Positions 42,400 to 56,342 of a stretch of DNA of 64,000 nucleotides are shown here, one piece after another. The notes beneath the pieces were generated by a model. It was not told the origin of the DNA and did not search any database. It saw only the letters and a list, made by a program, of their open reading frames with translations. The position numbers and the translations under genes are program-made. Source of the stretch: the human T2T-CHM13v2.0 reference genome, Homo sapiens. Numbering within the stretch: position 1 is the first letter of the stretch; every line of letters starts with the position of its first letter. The stretch lies in assembly GCF_009914755.1 (NCBI RefSeq), contig NC_060930.1. One strand, given 5' to 3'.

Positions 42400-43800
42400 G
42401 CAAGTGCAAGGGATGCTTATGGATTGTAGCACGTGTCATGAAGCTAATAACCACCTTATGAGGTACAGTATATGGGGCAGGCCTCCTTAGAGTGGCTGGC
42501 CAGGGAAGCTCTGTCCAAAAAGGTTAGGTAAGGTGACTTGCAAGGCGAGCCCTAAGGGACAAGTGCTGAGAAGAGCAGAGGAAGAGTGTTCCTGGCAGTG
42601 GATCAAATGAATGCCAAGGCCCAGTAAGAGAGTAGTTTTGTCACATTCTAGTAACAGAGAAGAGACCTGCCATTCTGGCACATGGTCATGGGGTGGGAGG
42701 GGGTGAAGTTAGGGAGGCAGGCACCCGCATAAGCGGTGGAAAGGGGTTTAAATTTTATTCCACAAGTAACCTGAAGCTGTTCCATTGTTTGAGGCAGAAG
42801 AGTGATATAAGAGACTACTTTGGCTGCTGGGTGGGGAATGGTTTGAGTGTGGGGAAGGATGGGAAGAAGAAGACCTGGCAACTGCAGCGTCCCTAGTAAG
42901 ATAACTGTCGTGGTTTGGTCCAGAGCGACAGTACTGGAAATGGAGAGAGGTAGATACATTTAAATACATTATGGAGTTGGAAAACACAGAGGGCTCGGTG
43001 ATACTTAAAGAAACAGCAGACAAAAAGAAAGGAGTAATAAAAAATAACTTCCAGGTGGTTGATTTTTCTTTTTCCTCAAATGAGCAAGTGAGTAGATGGT
43101 GGTATCATTTACAGACTTGGGGAAAAATACAGAGGATAAAGTTGTGTGGAGTAGGGGTTATATCTGTTAAGAACTCATTTTTCAACATGTTAATTTTGAG
43201 ATGCCTATGAGTTATGTAACTGTCACTATCAATTAGGAAATTGTATAAATATGCCTGGAGTCCAAGGGAACAAGTCTAGGCTCAAGATATGTATTGGGAG
43301 TAATCAGCTCATAGATAGGTATTTGAAGCCAGGGGATTATATGAAACCAAATATTGAGAGAATGTAGATAGGCAAAAGGCCTGGACCAAGCCCTGACATT
43401 CTCTAATATTAAAGATAGAGAAGAAAGAGTGCAGTGTGGCAGCAGATAGATTATAGTAGGGAAAACAGTAGAATACGTGTTCAGAAGCCAGAGGAAAGAG
43501 GAAAGGGTAGCCAGCTAGTCCAAATGCTACAGAAAAAGTCCACTGAAATGAGGAAGGAGAAATCTTCCCTGGGGTGGACAAGATGGAGATCACTAGTGCC
43601 TCAGTGAACAGTTGCCATAGAGTGGTGGGATAGAAACTAAATTGCAGTATCTTGAGTAGTTCATTGGAGGTATGGAACCAGGGTATATGTGCAGCTCTTT
43701 CTAGAATTTTAGCTCTAAAGGCAGTCAAAGAATTGAGGTTTTAGCTGGAAGACAGTGTAGGATTAAGGGCATATTTTATTTTTTTAAGATCGAAGATACT
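42400..43800 (-). mobile_element. L2 fragment
   Basis: Reverse complement of the L2 ORF2 3' region (tctaggctcaagatatgtattgggagtaatcagc). Confidence 0.7.
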
Positions 43801-43836
43801 GGAATATGTATATGTGCTGATGAGAATGATCTGCTG

Positions 43837-44036
43837 CAGTGGTTTTCAACGGTGGCAGTTTTGCCCTTCAGTGCAAATTTGGCAATGTCTGGAGACGTTT
43901 TTGGTTGTCGCAACTTTGGAGGGGGGTGGAGGCTGGGTGTGCTGCTAAGCAGCCTACAGCACACAGGACAGCACCCCCCAACGACGAAGAATTATCTAGC
44001 CCCAAATCTCAGTAGTGCCAAGGCTAAGAAACCCTA
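43837..44036 (+). mobile_element. MER20
   Basis: cagtggttttcaac...atttggcaatgtctggagac...gaaaccct. Confidence 0.85.
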
Positions 44037-44829
44037 GTCTAGTACAAAGAAATAGGTTGATGCTGTTTTTATATATTGGTTTAAAGTCTTATATAATAAA
44101 ATCCTTGATATTAAGAAATAATCTGTTATCAAGAATTCTAATAATATTCTTATAATTAAACCAGAAAAAAATTTAAATGTTTTTCCCTACTTTACAAACT
44201 TACATTTAAATATATAAGTAAGTACCCAATAAATATTTGTTTTTATTTTTATTTTTGTGGGGTTTGCATATTTTGTTCCAAGAAAATCTATACCCCTTTT
44301 ATACCCATAGTAGTATTTATGCCATTCCATAAGATTTTTATTAAAATTTCACACAAAGATACAATTAATGGAAAACTGCACGTTAAAAATATACCAAGTT
44401 TTTTTTAACATATTGGAAATTATAAATGCATTAAATATGCTGACAATTTACAGCATTTTATGTAGTTTTTCTCTATTTAATTGAGAGTATCCTGAGAAAA
44501 AGGGTGGAGTTTTTAAAAAACGATTACTTTAGAAGTACCTATCTTAAGACTTCTGTGCAGTATTTTCTGTTAGTTGTATAGTACAATTGGATTTGAGGGC
44601 TGACATAATAATGATGTTTATCCAAACTATATATTTTTAAATATTATACTCATCAAAAGACTTGAAAGTCTTTTTGATTGAATTTATGGTATGGAAATAT
44701 TAGGAATCTAAACTTTAAAAATAAGCACATCCTGATAATAAATATACCATTTTAAAAAATTGTTTTACATTTTGGGTTGTATAAACACTTAGTTTTTTAA
44801 TTTCTACTTTCTCTAATTTGTATTTCATT

Positions 44830-46010
44830 TATTTTTTAATTGACAAGTAAAAATTATATATTTATGTTGTACAACATGGTATTTTGATATATATATAGAT
44901 TGTAGAATGGCTAAATGATACTATTTAAATAGGTATTACCTCACATTATCATTTTTTGTGTGTGTGGTAAGAACACTTAAAATCTATTCTCTTAGTAAAT
45001 TTCAAATATACAATATATTATTTTTAACTCTGCATTTTGTACAATATATTTCTTGGATTTATGGATTTATTCCTCCTACCTGAAATTTTGTGTCCTTTGA
45101 CCAACATCTCCTAATACCCCTACCCCTAGCCTCACATAACCACCATTTTACTTTCTGATTCTATGAGTTTGGCTTTTTTACATTCCAAATGTAAGTGAGA
45201 TCATATGGTATTTGTCTTTCTGTGCCTGGCTTATTTTGCTTAACATTGTGTCCTCCAGGTTCATCCATGTTGTCACAAATGACAGGATTTCTTTCTTGTT
45301 AAGGTCAAATAGTATTCCATTATGTATATATACCATATTTTCTTTATCCTTTAATCTGCTAATGGACATTTCGGTTGATTTCATATCTTTTGTGAATAAT
45401 GCTGTAATGAACATGGGAGTGCAGATAGCTCAACATACCAATTTCATACATTTTGCATATATACTCAGTATTGGAGTTGCTGGATCATATGGTAGTTCTG
45501 TTTTTAATTATTTTGAAGAACCTCCACACTTTTTTCCGTAATGGCTAAACTAATTTACAATCCCACCAAGAATGTACAAGGATTCCCTTTTCTCCACATG
45601 CTCTTTAACACTTATCTTTTGTCTTTTTGATAACAGCCATTCTAATAGGTATGAGGTGATATCTCATTATGGTTTTAATTTGTATTTCCCCAATGCTTAG
45701 TGATGTTGAGCACCTTTTCGTATAACTGCTAGACATTTGTATATCTTTTTGAGAAATGTCTATTCACGTCCTTTGCTCATTTTTTTAATTGGGTTATTTG
45801 TTTCCTTACTATTGAGATGAGTTCCTTTTATAGTTTGGATATTAACCCCTTATCAGATGTATGGTTTGCAAATATTTTCTACCATTCTACAGATTGTTTT
45901 CACTTTGTTGACTGTTTTCTTTGTGGTTGCGTAGCTTTTTAGTATTATGTAATCTCATTTATCTATTTTTGCTTTTGTTGTCTGTGCATTTCGGGATATA
46001 GCCAGAAAGT
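44830..46010 (-). mobile_element. L1MA 3' end and ORF2 C-terminus
   Basis: ORF 45178-45414 (EILSFVTTWMNLEDTMLSKISQAQKDKYHMISL) is the L1 ORF2 C-terminal remnant. Confidence 0.88.
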
Positions 46011-46208
46011 CTGATAAAAATTTCATTTTAACTAGCAGTCTACTGTGTTTCATTCTCTTCTGTGGTTTTAGAGATGAAAAATCTGGATTGATGAAGCAGG
46101 ACCCAAAGTCCTACCAGTCTCTGTAATGAAGACTGTAAAGTGCTTAGCAATCTCAGCGTATATAGGATTTCATGCTTTTTGTACAGATATTTAGAAAAAT
46201 TTACCTCA

Positions 46209-46514
<306 letters not shown>

Positions 46515-47382
46515 TTAGCTCATTTTTATCACATCCAGGAGGGCTAGATGTCTAAGGTTCTTTCCAGCCCTTGTTTTCTAGGCCTCTGATTTAAAATATT
46601 TCAGTGGAAGAAATATTTTTTAGAATTAAACCAAAATACTTTTTTCTATTTAGAATGCAAAAAAGATTGCGAGAACTATTACTAATTACAGGATTATACT
46701 GCACATACTTTAAAATCCCTACTTCATTACATTCTCTATTATGTGTCTATTCTGCTGCTGATTCTGATTCTGATTCGTCAGCTACCTCTAACTGCTTTAC
46801 CTCCATTTCTGCTACCTTTCTCTTTTAATGTTGATATTCCCTAACATTCTGTATTTGGCTCTCCTTTCTTCTCCTGTTGTCCTTCAGCTCTCTACCACTG
46901 GGAAGCTTTTAACTATCATCTATATACTGATGGTTGACATTTCCTTGTCTCTGGGCTTCACATTTCTCTGACCTTCAGAAGCCCATTTCTATCTGTCTTC
47001 TAAAATCTTCACATCCCACAGCCCCAGGGTGGCAGGAAAGTTGATGTGCTTGCAACAGCTCATTAAATCCCCATCCCATTTTAGCATGCCCCTCTTCCCA
47101 TATTCCATAATTACATTTTAGTTACTTTTCCAAGCACAGACTTTAACCAAGCTAGTAAGCAAAAACCACAATTACTTTTGCACTAACCTAAAAAATCAGT
47201 CATCCTCATTTCTTCCCTCCCTTTTAAGTTGTCCTTCTGTTTTCTCAGGTTTGTCCTCACTACATTCCCACCACTGCCCGCATCATCCCTTGTGTGAAAT
47301 GGCACAATATTTAAGTCATTGCTCCAAATGGTTAAAGTAAAGTTAATGCAACTGAGCTGGCTGGGATGGAAGGCACAGCGAG

Positions 47383-47450
47383 CCAATCACGAAACACAGC
47401 ATGGCCTTAGCGAGTCGCACAGGTTTGACGTCAGCGGTTGTCATGGTAAC
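47383..47450. promoter_or_regulatory. Intronic promoter/enhancer module: CCAAT (47383-47387), full CRE TGACGTCA (47426-47433), RFX X-box GTTGTCATGGTAAC (47437-47450)
   Basis: Three high-information motifs within 68 bp, in a local CpG cluster. Confidence 0.65.
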
Positions 47451-47779
47451 AGGGGCAAAGATGCTGATGCCAGTGTCAGTCAGGACTGAGCTCCTCCCTC
47501 CAGTCTGATTCCTGCCAGTGCTTAAGGATGTATGGAGGGGAGAAGCGTCTTCCAAGCAAAATCTTCATCCTCTGTTCTCTATCACGTGCAGTGCGTCACC
47601 AGATCCTCGCCAGTGCTGAGGGTGGGGATACGGGGGAATCTCTGACTTGCAAGATTAAATTATCATTGGAGAGGGAACGTGTCAGCCTTGTTCACCGCAG
47701 TGTCGCCAATGCTGCTAGCTCAGTTCCTGCCCCTGCCCGCCATTGGGAGAATCATGAGCCAACTCTCTCTGTCTCTCCT

Positions 47780-48740
47780 CTCTCTCTCTCTGTCTCGTCC
47801 CTTGGCCTTAGCTGTCACCAATACACTGACTCTGACTCCCAAATCTTTCCCTGAGACCTGTTTTCCTGAGTCTCATACGCAGTTCCTCCTCCACACTAGG
47901 CAGCTCCACTCAGTGTTCTGATATCAAGCTTGAGATTCTCCTTCCGCCTAGAAACCAAAAACAACCAAACATGCCGGTCACCTTGTGTGTATTCTTTACT
48001 TAACCATCCATTAGAATTCTCCAGCTAATAACCTCCGTTGTCTTCACCCTTTTACCTCCAGTGTGCTATGCATTAAATCCTGCTTAATATACCTGGGAAA
48101 TCTCTCATCTTTGTCCTCCTCTCCCTTTCCACTAGGCCATCTAACCCCTCCCCAACCTCTCTTCACTTTTCATTAGCACAGACTTCTATTTTTGAGTTCT
48201 TTAAAATTTCCCACATCTTTTTTTATTATTTACTTAGGCACAAATATATTTAATCACATGCACACAATATCTCATTGGCTTCCATTCCATATAGCATCCT
48301 AAGGCTAATTGTACAGTCTTGTTCCTAAATTACCTTTCCATCTTCCTTAACTCTATCTCCATAAAAGTACCCTTTACTCCTACTGAAATGATTGCCTTTT
48401 ATTCTTATATCAAGTTTTTGTTCTCGCTATTCTGTCAACATCAGTGTTTCTCAGACTTTAATGTACACGTGAATCACCTAGAGATCTTGTTAAAATGGAG
48501 ATTCTGATTCAGAGGCCCTGGTGAAACCTTAGATTCTGCATTTCTAAATAACTTGTCTGGTGAAGCAGATGCTACTGGTTGGAAGATCACACTTTGAGTG
48601 GCATAGATATATGTAGAATGCCTTCTCCCTTTCCTCTCTGGTGACTTCCTACCTCTTATTTAAGGTCAGACATACAAATCACACCTCCTTTGCGATACCT
48701 TCCTTCTGCAGCTCCAGTCAGAGCTGTTTCCTTCTCTGTA
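47780..48740 (+). mobile_element. L2 fragments (interrupted by MER5A at ~48442-48603)
   Basis: ctgactcccaaatcttt...cctgagtctcatac L2 motif; pyrimidine-rich L2 3' sequence. Confidence 0.55.
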
Positions 48741-48913
48741 TTGTTTAGTGCTTTCACTTGGCTACAGTTGGGAAATTGTCTGCTGAACTTTGTCAGCGGA
48801 TGTTAGTGCTGAGGGGTGCAGCTGTCTGCAGGAATCTTTCTGTCTTTAGCACAATTCCAACAACATTAACAGCTCCCCGAATGAAGGAGGCTGAATCCAT
48901 CAGCGAACTAGTC

Positions 48914-49110
<197 letters not shown>

Positions 49111-49907
49111 GAACTATGAATGAATGGTAAATCCCCCCCCCCCAAACCAAAGTAGATAAGAGTAAGAATCACACTTTTTCTTTAATAGTATAATTGTCCT
49201 GTTATAGCCCTCAACACAAGCATTTTACTAGACATTTTACTTGAAAAATGTCTTACCTGTCCATGCCAAGAAACAGAGAAAGTATGTATGAAAATGAACA
49301 ACTGGAGAAAAAAAAGTCTAGCCCAGAATTGAGGAAGGGATTTATAAAAGTAAATATGAACTGTTTGGTCAAATTTACATATATACAGAAAGGAATCCTA
49401 GAAATAAAAATTGTAAATATATTTTTAATCATAATTCATTATTTAGTAACCTCTAACAAGTCAGAGATTGCCACCAGAATATAAGCATCCTTAGGGAAGA
49501 GATGTTTAGGGCAGAGACTTGAGCCATCTCATTCACTGCTATATCCCTACTGACTAAAACAGTCTGTGAAATATAGTAAAAATGAAGAATGAGACGAGAA
49601 AGAAAATGAATTGTATTTCTAGCTCAGATTCTGTTTGACTCCACCAGGCTGTGCAGATCCTCTCATGTTTGTAACTTTTTACTTGTAACAAAAAAACATT
49701 GGCAACAACCCACATGTCTATCTATAGAGGACTATTATTAATAAATAAATAATAGAACATGTGTAAAATAGAATGAAATGCACATATTTTAAAAGGAGGT
49801 AGATTACACTGTGCTAGCTATAAAATAGTTTAAAAATAGCAAGTTGCAGAGCCTCATGCAGATTATTCTAATAATAGCATTTAAAAGCGTTTTAAAATTA
49901 TTAGTAT

Positions 49908-50291
49908 TATATTAGTTTTCTAGGGCTGCCGTAACAAAATACCACAAACTAGATAGCTTGAACGATGTATTTTATTTCTTTGCAGTTCTGCAGGCTGTGA
50001 AGTCTGAAACCAGGTTGTAGCAGGATTGGTTTCTTCTAAGGCCTCTCTCTTCTTGGTTTGTAGATGGTTGTTTTCTGCCTGTGTCTTCACATAGTCTTTC
50101 CTCTGTGTCTATCTGTGTCCTAATCTCATCTTCTTAAAAGGAGACTGTATTGGATTAGGTCCACCCTGAGAGTCTCATTTTAATTTAATCCAGCCTTTAA
50201 AGGCTCCATCTCTAAATAGTCACATTCTGATATACTAGGGGTTATTATTTTAACTTATGATTTGGGGAGAAACATAATTCAGGCCATAACA
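49908..50291 (-). mobile_element. MLT1A/B-type MaLR solo LTR
   Basis: tattagttttctagggctgccgtaacaaaataccacaaact ... aattcaggccataaca. Confidence 0.85.
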
Positions 50292-51961
50292 AGTATATAC
50301 ATATGCTGAAACTCATCAAATTGTATGCTTTAAATATATTCCATTTATTGTATGTTGATTATGTCTCAACAAATGTGTAAAAACATGGAGGAAAAGAAAA
50401 TACTCATATTCGTATTTGCTTTTATATGCATAAAAGAGGAGAAGAGGTGAGTGCATACCAGATAGAGTTCAAAAATAAGACTTAAAAAACATGTAAATAT
50501 ATTACTGATTCAGAAAAAATCTCATAAATGCATATTTTTAAACATTAATAAAGTAGTGACACCAAGCACTTGGGGAGTTTAGGGGAGGCAGCAGTCTCTG
50601 TGAGTTGAGGTTAGTGCTTCTGGCCTACAAAACTTCTCACAGATTCTGCTCTCTGTGGTAAGTTTTGCTTAGCTTTATTCAAGGCTGTCAGTCTAGCCTT
50701 GACTGTATCATTGTCCCATATCTACTTTGTAACTATTATACTGTCAAAAACTTTACTGTTTTTTAAACTCGTCTTGTCCATATGTTCTTACAATAAGAAA
50801 ATAAAAAGATTTACTTCATTGTAGTAAGACATAGCTATATTTAGGAATAAATTACAGTTTCCAAGACAGCTTTAGTTTTATTTATTTGCCTAAATTGATG
50901 GCTCCTCCATCTCTTTATCCAACCTTCATTTGTTTCTTAACTTCATTAGGTCAGTTTTTTGGTAGTTTGTAGGCTAAAAGAAAAGATTTGAGCTTTGTTC
51001 TCCTATGAGTTTTCTCCTTTGTAGTTATTTTATAACCCAAACATCTATTAGTGATTAAGTTAAAGGGTTTGAGGAATAATTTGTATATCTTGTAGAACTT
51101 TGGTATAGAAAATTGTCCTAATAATATATTTTTATAGAAAAATGTTTTCAATTAATACATTTTACCTAACTGTTAAGATTGCTTTAATTAAAGCTGGGAC
51201 AGTGGAATTTTAGGAAAGTAATACAGGTTTGCTGTTTTATCAAATAAAGTTTTTTATCAGTGAATTTGAGGGACATTGTGAAAATAATAAACTATAAAAT
51301 TCAGTTCAAAGGGCATTCTAAAGCCCTCCTTCTTTTCTTCATTCATTGCTGACCTGTTTTCAATATATATGGAAGATTGTAACAGCACTAAATTTGAGCC
51401 TTATATAAAGATGCCATAGGAGGTTGGCTGAGGCTCCATCCTAAGTGAGAATTGTTCGTTTGCGGGTGTCCTCAGGGATGCCAGATAAAGGTTTATTCTG
51501 TGCTTTAGTTGTTTCCTGTTTGTGGCAATACCATGGGACACATTCAGGTCCAGGAATCCAAATTCGGAAATGCTCTCTGGGAGTATCATCTTACTTTGTC
51601 TTCTAGCCCCAATTTGAAATCCTTTGGAATAAGGAGGCAAAGTGCATTCTTGTCCTGGCTCTTACTATAACATTTCAGTGACTTTGGGCAGATTCCTTAA
51701 CTTTTTCAGATATCAGTTTATTCACCTGTAAATTGAAGGGATTATAGCTAAGACTTCTTAAACACTTACTTTGTGGCAGACACTTTTCCATGTGCTCCAT
51801 TTTTATCTGTATTAATTTATTTACACAACCACTCTGTGAGGTAAGCATTGTTATTATCCCCATTTTAAAACTGTGGAAGCAAATTATCATCACCATCTAT
51901 CCCCTTTGTCTTCTTTATTTTTTTCTATATCTTCTAACGTTTATCTTTCTATATCTTATAA

Positions 51962-52248
<287 letters not shown>

Positions 52249-52344
52249 CTTCTAACATATTTTTAATTATACTTTTTAAAATGAATATCCTCATTGTACT
52301 CTTTGCAGGACACTGTTTTTTGGGTTGGGGTGGGGGTTGTTTGT

Positions 52345-52629
52345 TTTTAGACAGGGTCTACTTCTGTCACCCAGTGGGGAGTGTGGTGACATGATCTCGG
52401 CTCACTGAAACCTCTTTCTCCGGGCTGAAGCTATCCTCCCACCTCAGCCTCTCAAGTAGCTGGGACTACAGGTGTGCAACCCCATACCCAGTGAATTTGT
52501 GTAGTTTTTGAAGAGACTGTGGTTTCACCATGCTGACCAGGCTGGTCTTGAACTCCTGGACTCAAGCAGTCTGCCTGCCTCAGACTCCCAAAGTGTTGGG
52601 ATTACAGGTGTGAGCCACCACACCCAGCC
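52345..52629 (-). mobile_element. AluJ, antisense
   Basis: Reverse-complement dimer with ctggactcaagcagtc. Confidence 0.9.
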
Positions 52630-54959
52630 TACATTTTTAAATATTATGTAAAAATAGAGATTTAGGTAACTATTTTTGATTGACCTTACAAAGAAGTACA
52701 GTGCACTATCTAAATAATGTAAAAAGTGTTTATTTGGGTTTATAAACACTGTGCTTGAAACTTTCCTGAGTTTGTTCCTCTGTACTGTACAGCTTCCACC
52801 TCAGTTCTGCGGCTTTCACAGTCCGAACAGGCTCTCTACTGCAGGAATTAATAATTCTCTGAGTCTTGCAGCTTCCTAGCTGTGGAGGCTCTGCCAAAAC
52901 CCGCAGCCTCAGCTGCCCTTGTAAATTAATTATTCCTTAAGGCAGCCTCCAGTATAGGGGCTGGAAACAGGGAGGGGAGGTAATGTTTGTATAAAGTGAA
53001 TTTTTTGTTTTGACTTGATTTGGGTTTTTTTTTTTTTTTTGCTTCCTATTAGATTACTGAGTCTCAACATTTAAGAAGTTATAATACTATGGATTTTTTT
53101 AAATTTTTCATAAGTAGTAGAAAGATTCTCTTCCCGTTATCCTTGCAAAGTAGATATCTACATATCAACTGTGAGTCTTTTCAGAAGTATTTCTGTAAAT
53201 TATTCATTTCCAATTGCCATCAAATTCACATTATTTGCGTAGTAAGACATTTCAGTAAATAAACAGACATGAGAAGTGATCACTTTTTACTGTGTTTCTC
53301 CAGGAATATGCTGAATCTTCTTAGACCCTTTTAATGTTAGGCTAGTACATGATTTTGGCTTCCTATCTATTCTTTCTTTAAAGAATAGTGGGATTTTCAT
53401 TTGATTTTGCAGAAGAATTTTTAAATGACTGCTGAAATGGCAGCTAGATAGGCATAAATATTTATTGAACATAAGCTGCTAGCTGCTGTGATTTGGCTGT
53501 AATTATCTATAAATGTAGTTTTAGAATTTTGTTTAAAATATCTGAGGTTATGCAGAAATGCACTTTATTATTGTGACATTATTTGACTCATTTTTGTAGT
53601 AGAATGAATAAATTATATTTCATTTCAGTTATAATGATCAAACTTTAATTTGTAAATCTTAAATTCTCTAGTACCAGATTCAAGATGTTTTTTGTTATAA
53701 ACTAAGCAGAGATTTAATGTTGTTGTCTGTGACTTTTACATATAGTATCTTTAGGGAAAATTAGATCTTAGTTAAAGGTACTAACATTGCCAGAGATGTA
53801 TTTTTAATGACTGGCATAACCATCTTTGCCTCCTTTCTAAACCCTTTGTTTTCTGCCTGTCCTACTCCAGGGTTGATTTACAATAAAGCCAATGGCCAAT
53901 GAAGCTTAAGCTTTAAGACCCCCTCATTTATCTCTTCCAAATCCTAGCAGGGACTATGGTAATTTTGTATTAATTCTGTATTTGTTCTCTTAAAGAGGAC
54001 CCTTCTAATTATATAAGCTTCTGTATACACAACCTCTGTATCCAGCATAGGATTGTATCTCATAAGATTCTTCTTAGTGGCACAGCAAAGAGGACCAAAA
54101 AAGTGGGGGGAATAAACCTTTTTAAAATCAGAAATCATACAGTTGATGTGAGAAAAAAGAGGTTATTTTTCTCCATACAATTTGCAAAGCTGTATCAACA
54201 GCTACCAAAGTCTCTGCTGATAGATATATCATGTATTTCATAAAACCTTACTCAATCTTCCTTAATCATCATGCTGGTAGGCAGATTCTCTTCAGCTTTT
54301 CAGCTCACGTACAAGTAATAGAATAGCCGGCAAAATTCAGAGAGGCAAAGACATTTACCTCTTTCACTAGCCCTGCTTTAACAGGAGTAGGAAGGTAATG
54401 TGCTGGGAGAGGACAACTTGGAATGGTCCACAAACTTGTGCTTTGGCATCAGATAGTCCTTTCATTCCCCACCCACCCCAAGCTGGTACTAGGGTAAAGC
54501 ATTTGAGGCACCAAGGGTGCAAAATTTACATCTGAATCTGATAGACTACTAATTAAAAACTTACCTTCCTCACCCTCAATTCTAAAAAATTAACACCTAA
54601 TGACTTTCATTGTGTTATTTATTTGGTAAACCGTTTTGTAGCAGTAGGGGCATGATGTCAAGCAGAGGCATGATGTCAAGCAGATGTCTGTCTAATCACT
54701 GAATAAATCACTTACCAGCATTGAGATCCTGGGCAAAATAACTTCCTTGAACCTTATTTTCCCCAATTAAGAAGGCCACGGGATTAAAAAGTATATACCT
54801 ATAAGGGCCTTATAATATGTAGGTACCACTGAATGTCAGCTCCTTTCCCCACAAGGTTCTTGTTTGTACATGTCCTGTAGCCATGCCCTAAGTGTGGTCT
54901 GCCCAACTGGCTACTCTCACTTGATTAAAAAGTATATGATTGTCAAACTGTATTTTCAG

Positions 54960-55078
54960 AGAATGATGAGGAGCAGGAGGCACTGCCATCTCTGGATAAA
55001 CCTGGCTGGTACTCCCAAGGGAACGCTGTCCACCTCTATGAACTTCTGAAGAAAATGACTGGCAAACCTGAACCCAAG
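54960..55078 (+). CDS. NT5DC1: NT5DC1 coding exon (probably exon 9): (E)NDEEQEALPSLDKPGWYSQGNAVHLYELLKKMTGKPEPK
   Basis: Acceptor tattttcag|A; donor AAG|gtattt; 119 nt, phase 1 to 0; YSQGN matches the family Y.GG/Y.QGN segment. Confidence 0.93.
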
Positions 55079-56180
55079 GTATTTCCCAGTTGAGGAGAAG
55101 TCCTCAGTGCCCACTTGCAGACATAAGCAGTTGTGAACTGCCAAATCTCTCCTCTTAATTCTTCTGCTTAAATAAGCCTTTCCTTTGTCAATGTAGACAG
55201 GCTGTCTATCTGTGATAGAGAGGAGCAAGGATTCCAAGCAGGGCACCACAGATTTAGGGGGTGTATGAGTGTGTAGGATGCCTGTGGAATGTTATCCTGA
55301 TAACAATCTATCCAAAAAGTTTCCATATATAAAACAAACAACTGAAATTATGCTACAGACTAGCTTAAAGATACACTTGTTTTTGACAGAATGATCACAT
55401 TGTTGATGTTGGACATTGGTGCATTTCTAACAGCAGAACCCTTTCTTCTAAGAAAATATTTACCAGAATTTCTGTGAGCTGAGAGATCGTGGGGTAACAG
55501 AGCCCTGCTCCATTGGCTGTCACCATGCCACAGTCTCCTGGGGACTCCTGAGGGTTAATGGATGGAGCAGTCTGACTTGCAGATGCTGATTCTCATATCC
55601 CTTAACTCTGTTTTCACATCTGAAAATTGAGAGGTATGGACTCAATCAATGGAGTCCTCAGACTCCATTGCCTCAGACTACCTAGGGAACTTTCCAGATT
55701 CAACATGCCCAGCCCCACTCTCACAGATTCTGTTTCAACCAGTCTGGGGTTGGGCCCAGAAACTTGAAAAGTGGTTGTGATTTGCACTTTTAATAATCTC
55801 TAATCCACTATAACAAGTTGTCTCTAATACCTCACCAGCTCTTCAACTGCAGGGGCCATTTTATTAATAATTGTAAACATCTATGTAAACATATAGGTTC
55901 ACTTCTTTAGGAAAATTGAATAAAATCACTTATTTCACCTTATGCTGTCTTCCACCTGTGAATGTGTTGTATAACTTCTTAAGACAAATCTGGCACCCTG
56001 TGAATCAAATGAGACAAGTTGATGGTCACCTGTGAGATTATTCAAATAAGTGAAGATGTTTATGCAATTTTTGATTGTCATACTCTGATGCCTGTTGAGA
56101 AATTTTCTTCTTCCTTATATGAAATAAATGCCACTTTCACAATTCTGTGCCTCAAACAGCATCTGCTATCTGTCTTACAG

Positions 56181-56342
56181 GTTGTTTATTTTGGTGACAG
56201 CATGCATTCAGATATTTTCCCAGCTCGTCACTATAGTAATTGGGAGACAGTCCTCATCCTGGAAGAACTCAGAGGGGATGAAGGCACGAGGAGTCAGAGG
56301 CCTGAGGAGTCAGAGCCTCTAGAGAAGAAAGGAAAATATGAG
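56181..56342 (+). CDS. NT5DC1: NT5DC1 coding exon (probably exon 10): VVYFGDSMHSDIFPARHYSNWETVLILEELRGDEGTRSQRPEESEPLEKKGKYE
   Basis: Acceptor gtcttacag|G; donor GAG|gtaagg; 162 nt, phase 0 to 0; HAD motif IV GDxxxxD (GDSMHSD). Confidence 0.96.

Noticed and set aside
43309-43728. Longest non-exonic ORF (139 aa)
   Set aside because: Lies within decayed L2; no domain; non-ATG start.
47528-47854. 108-aa ORF downstream of the promoter-like module
   Set aside because: Runs into (TC)n and L2 sequence; no recognisable homology; coding status unsupported.
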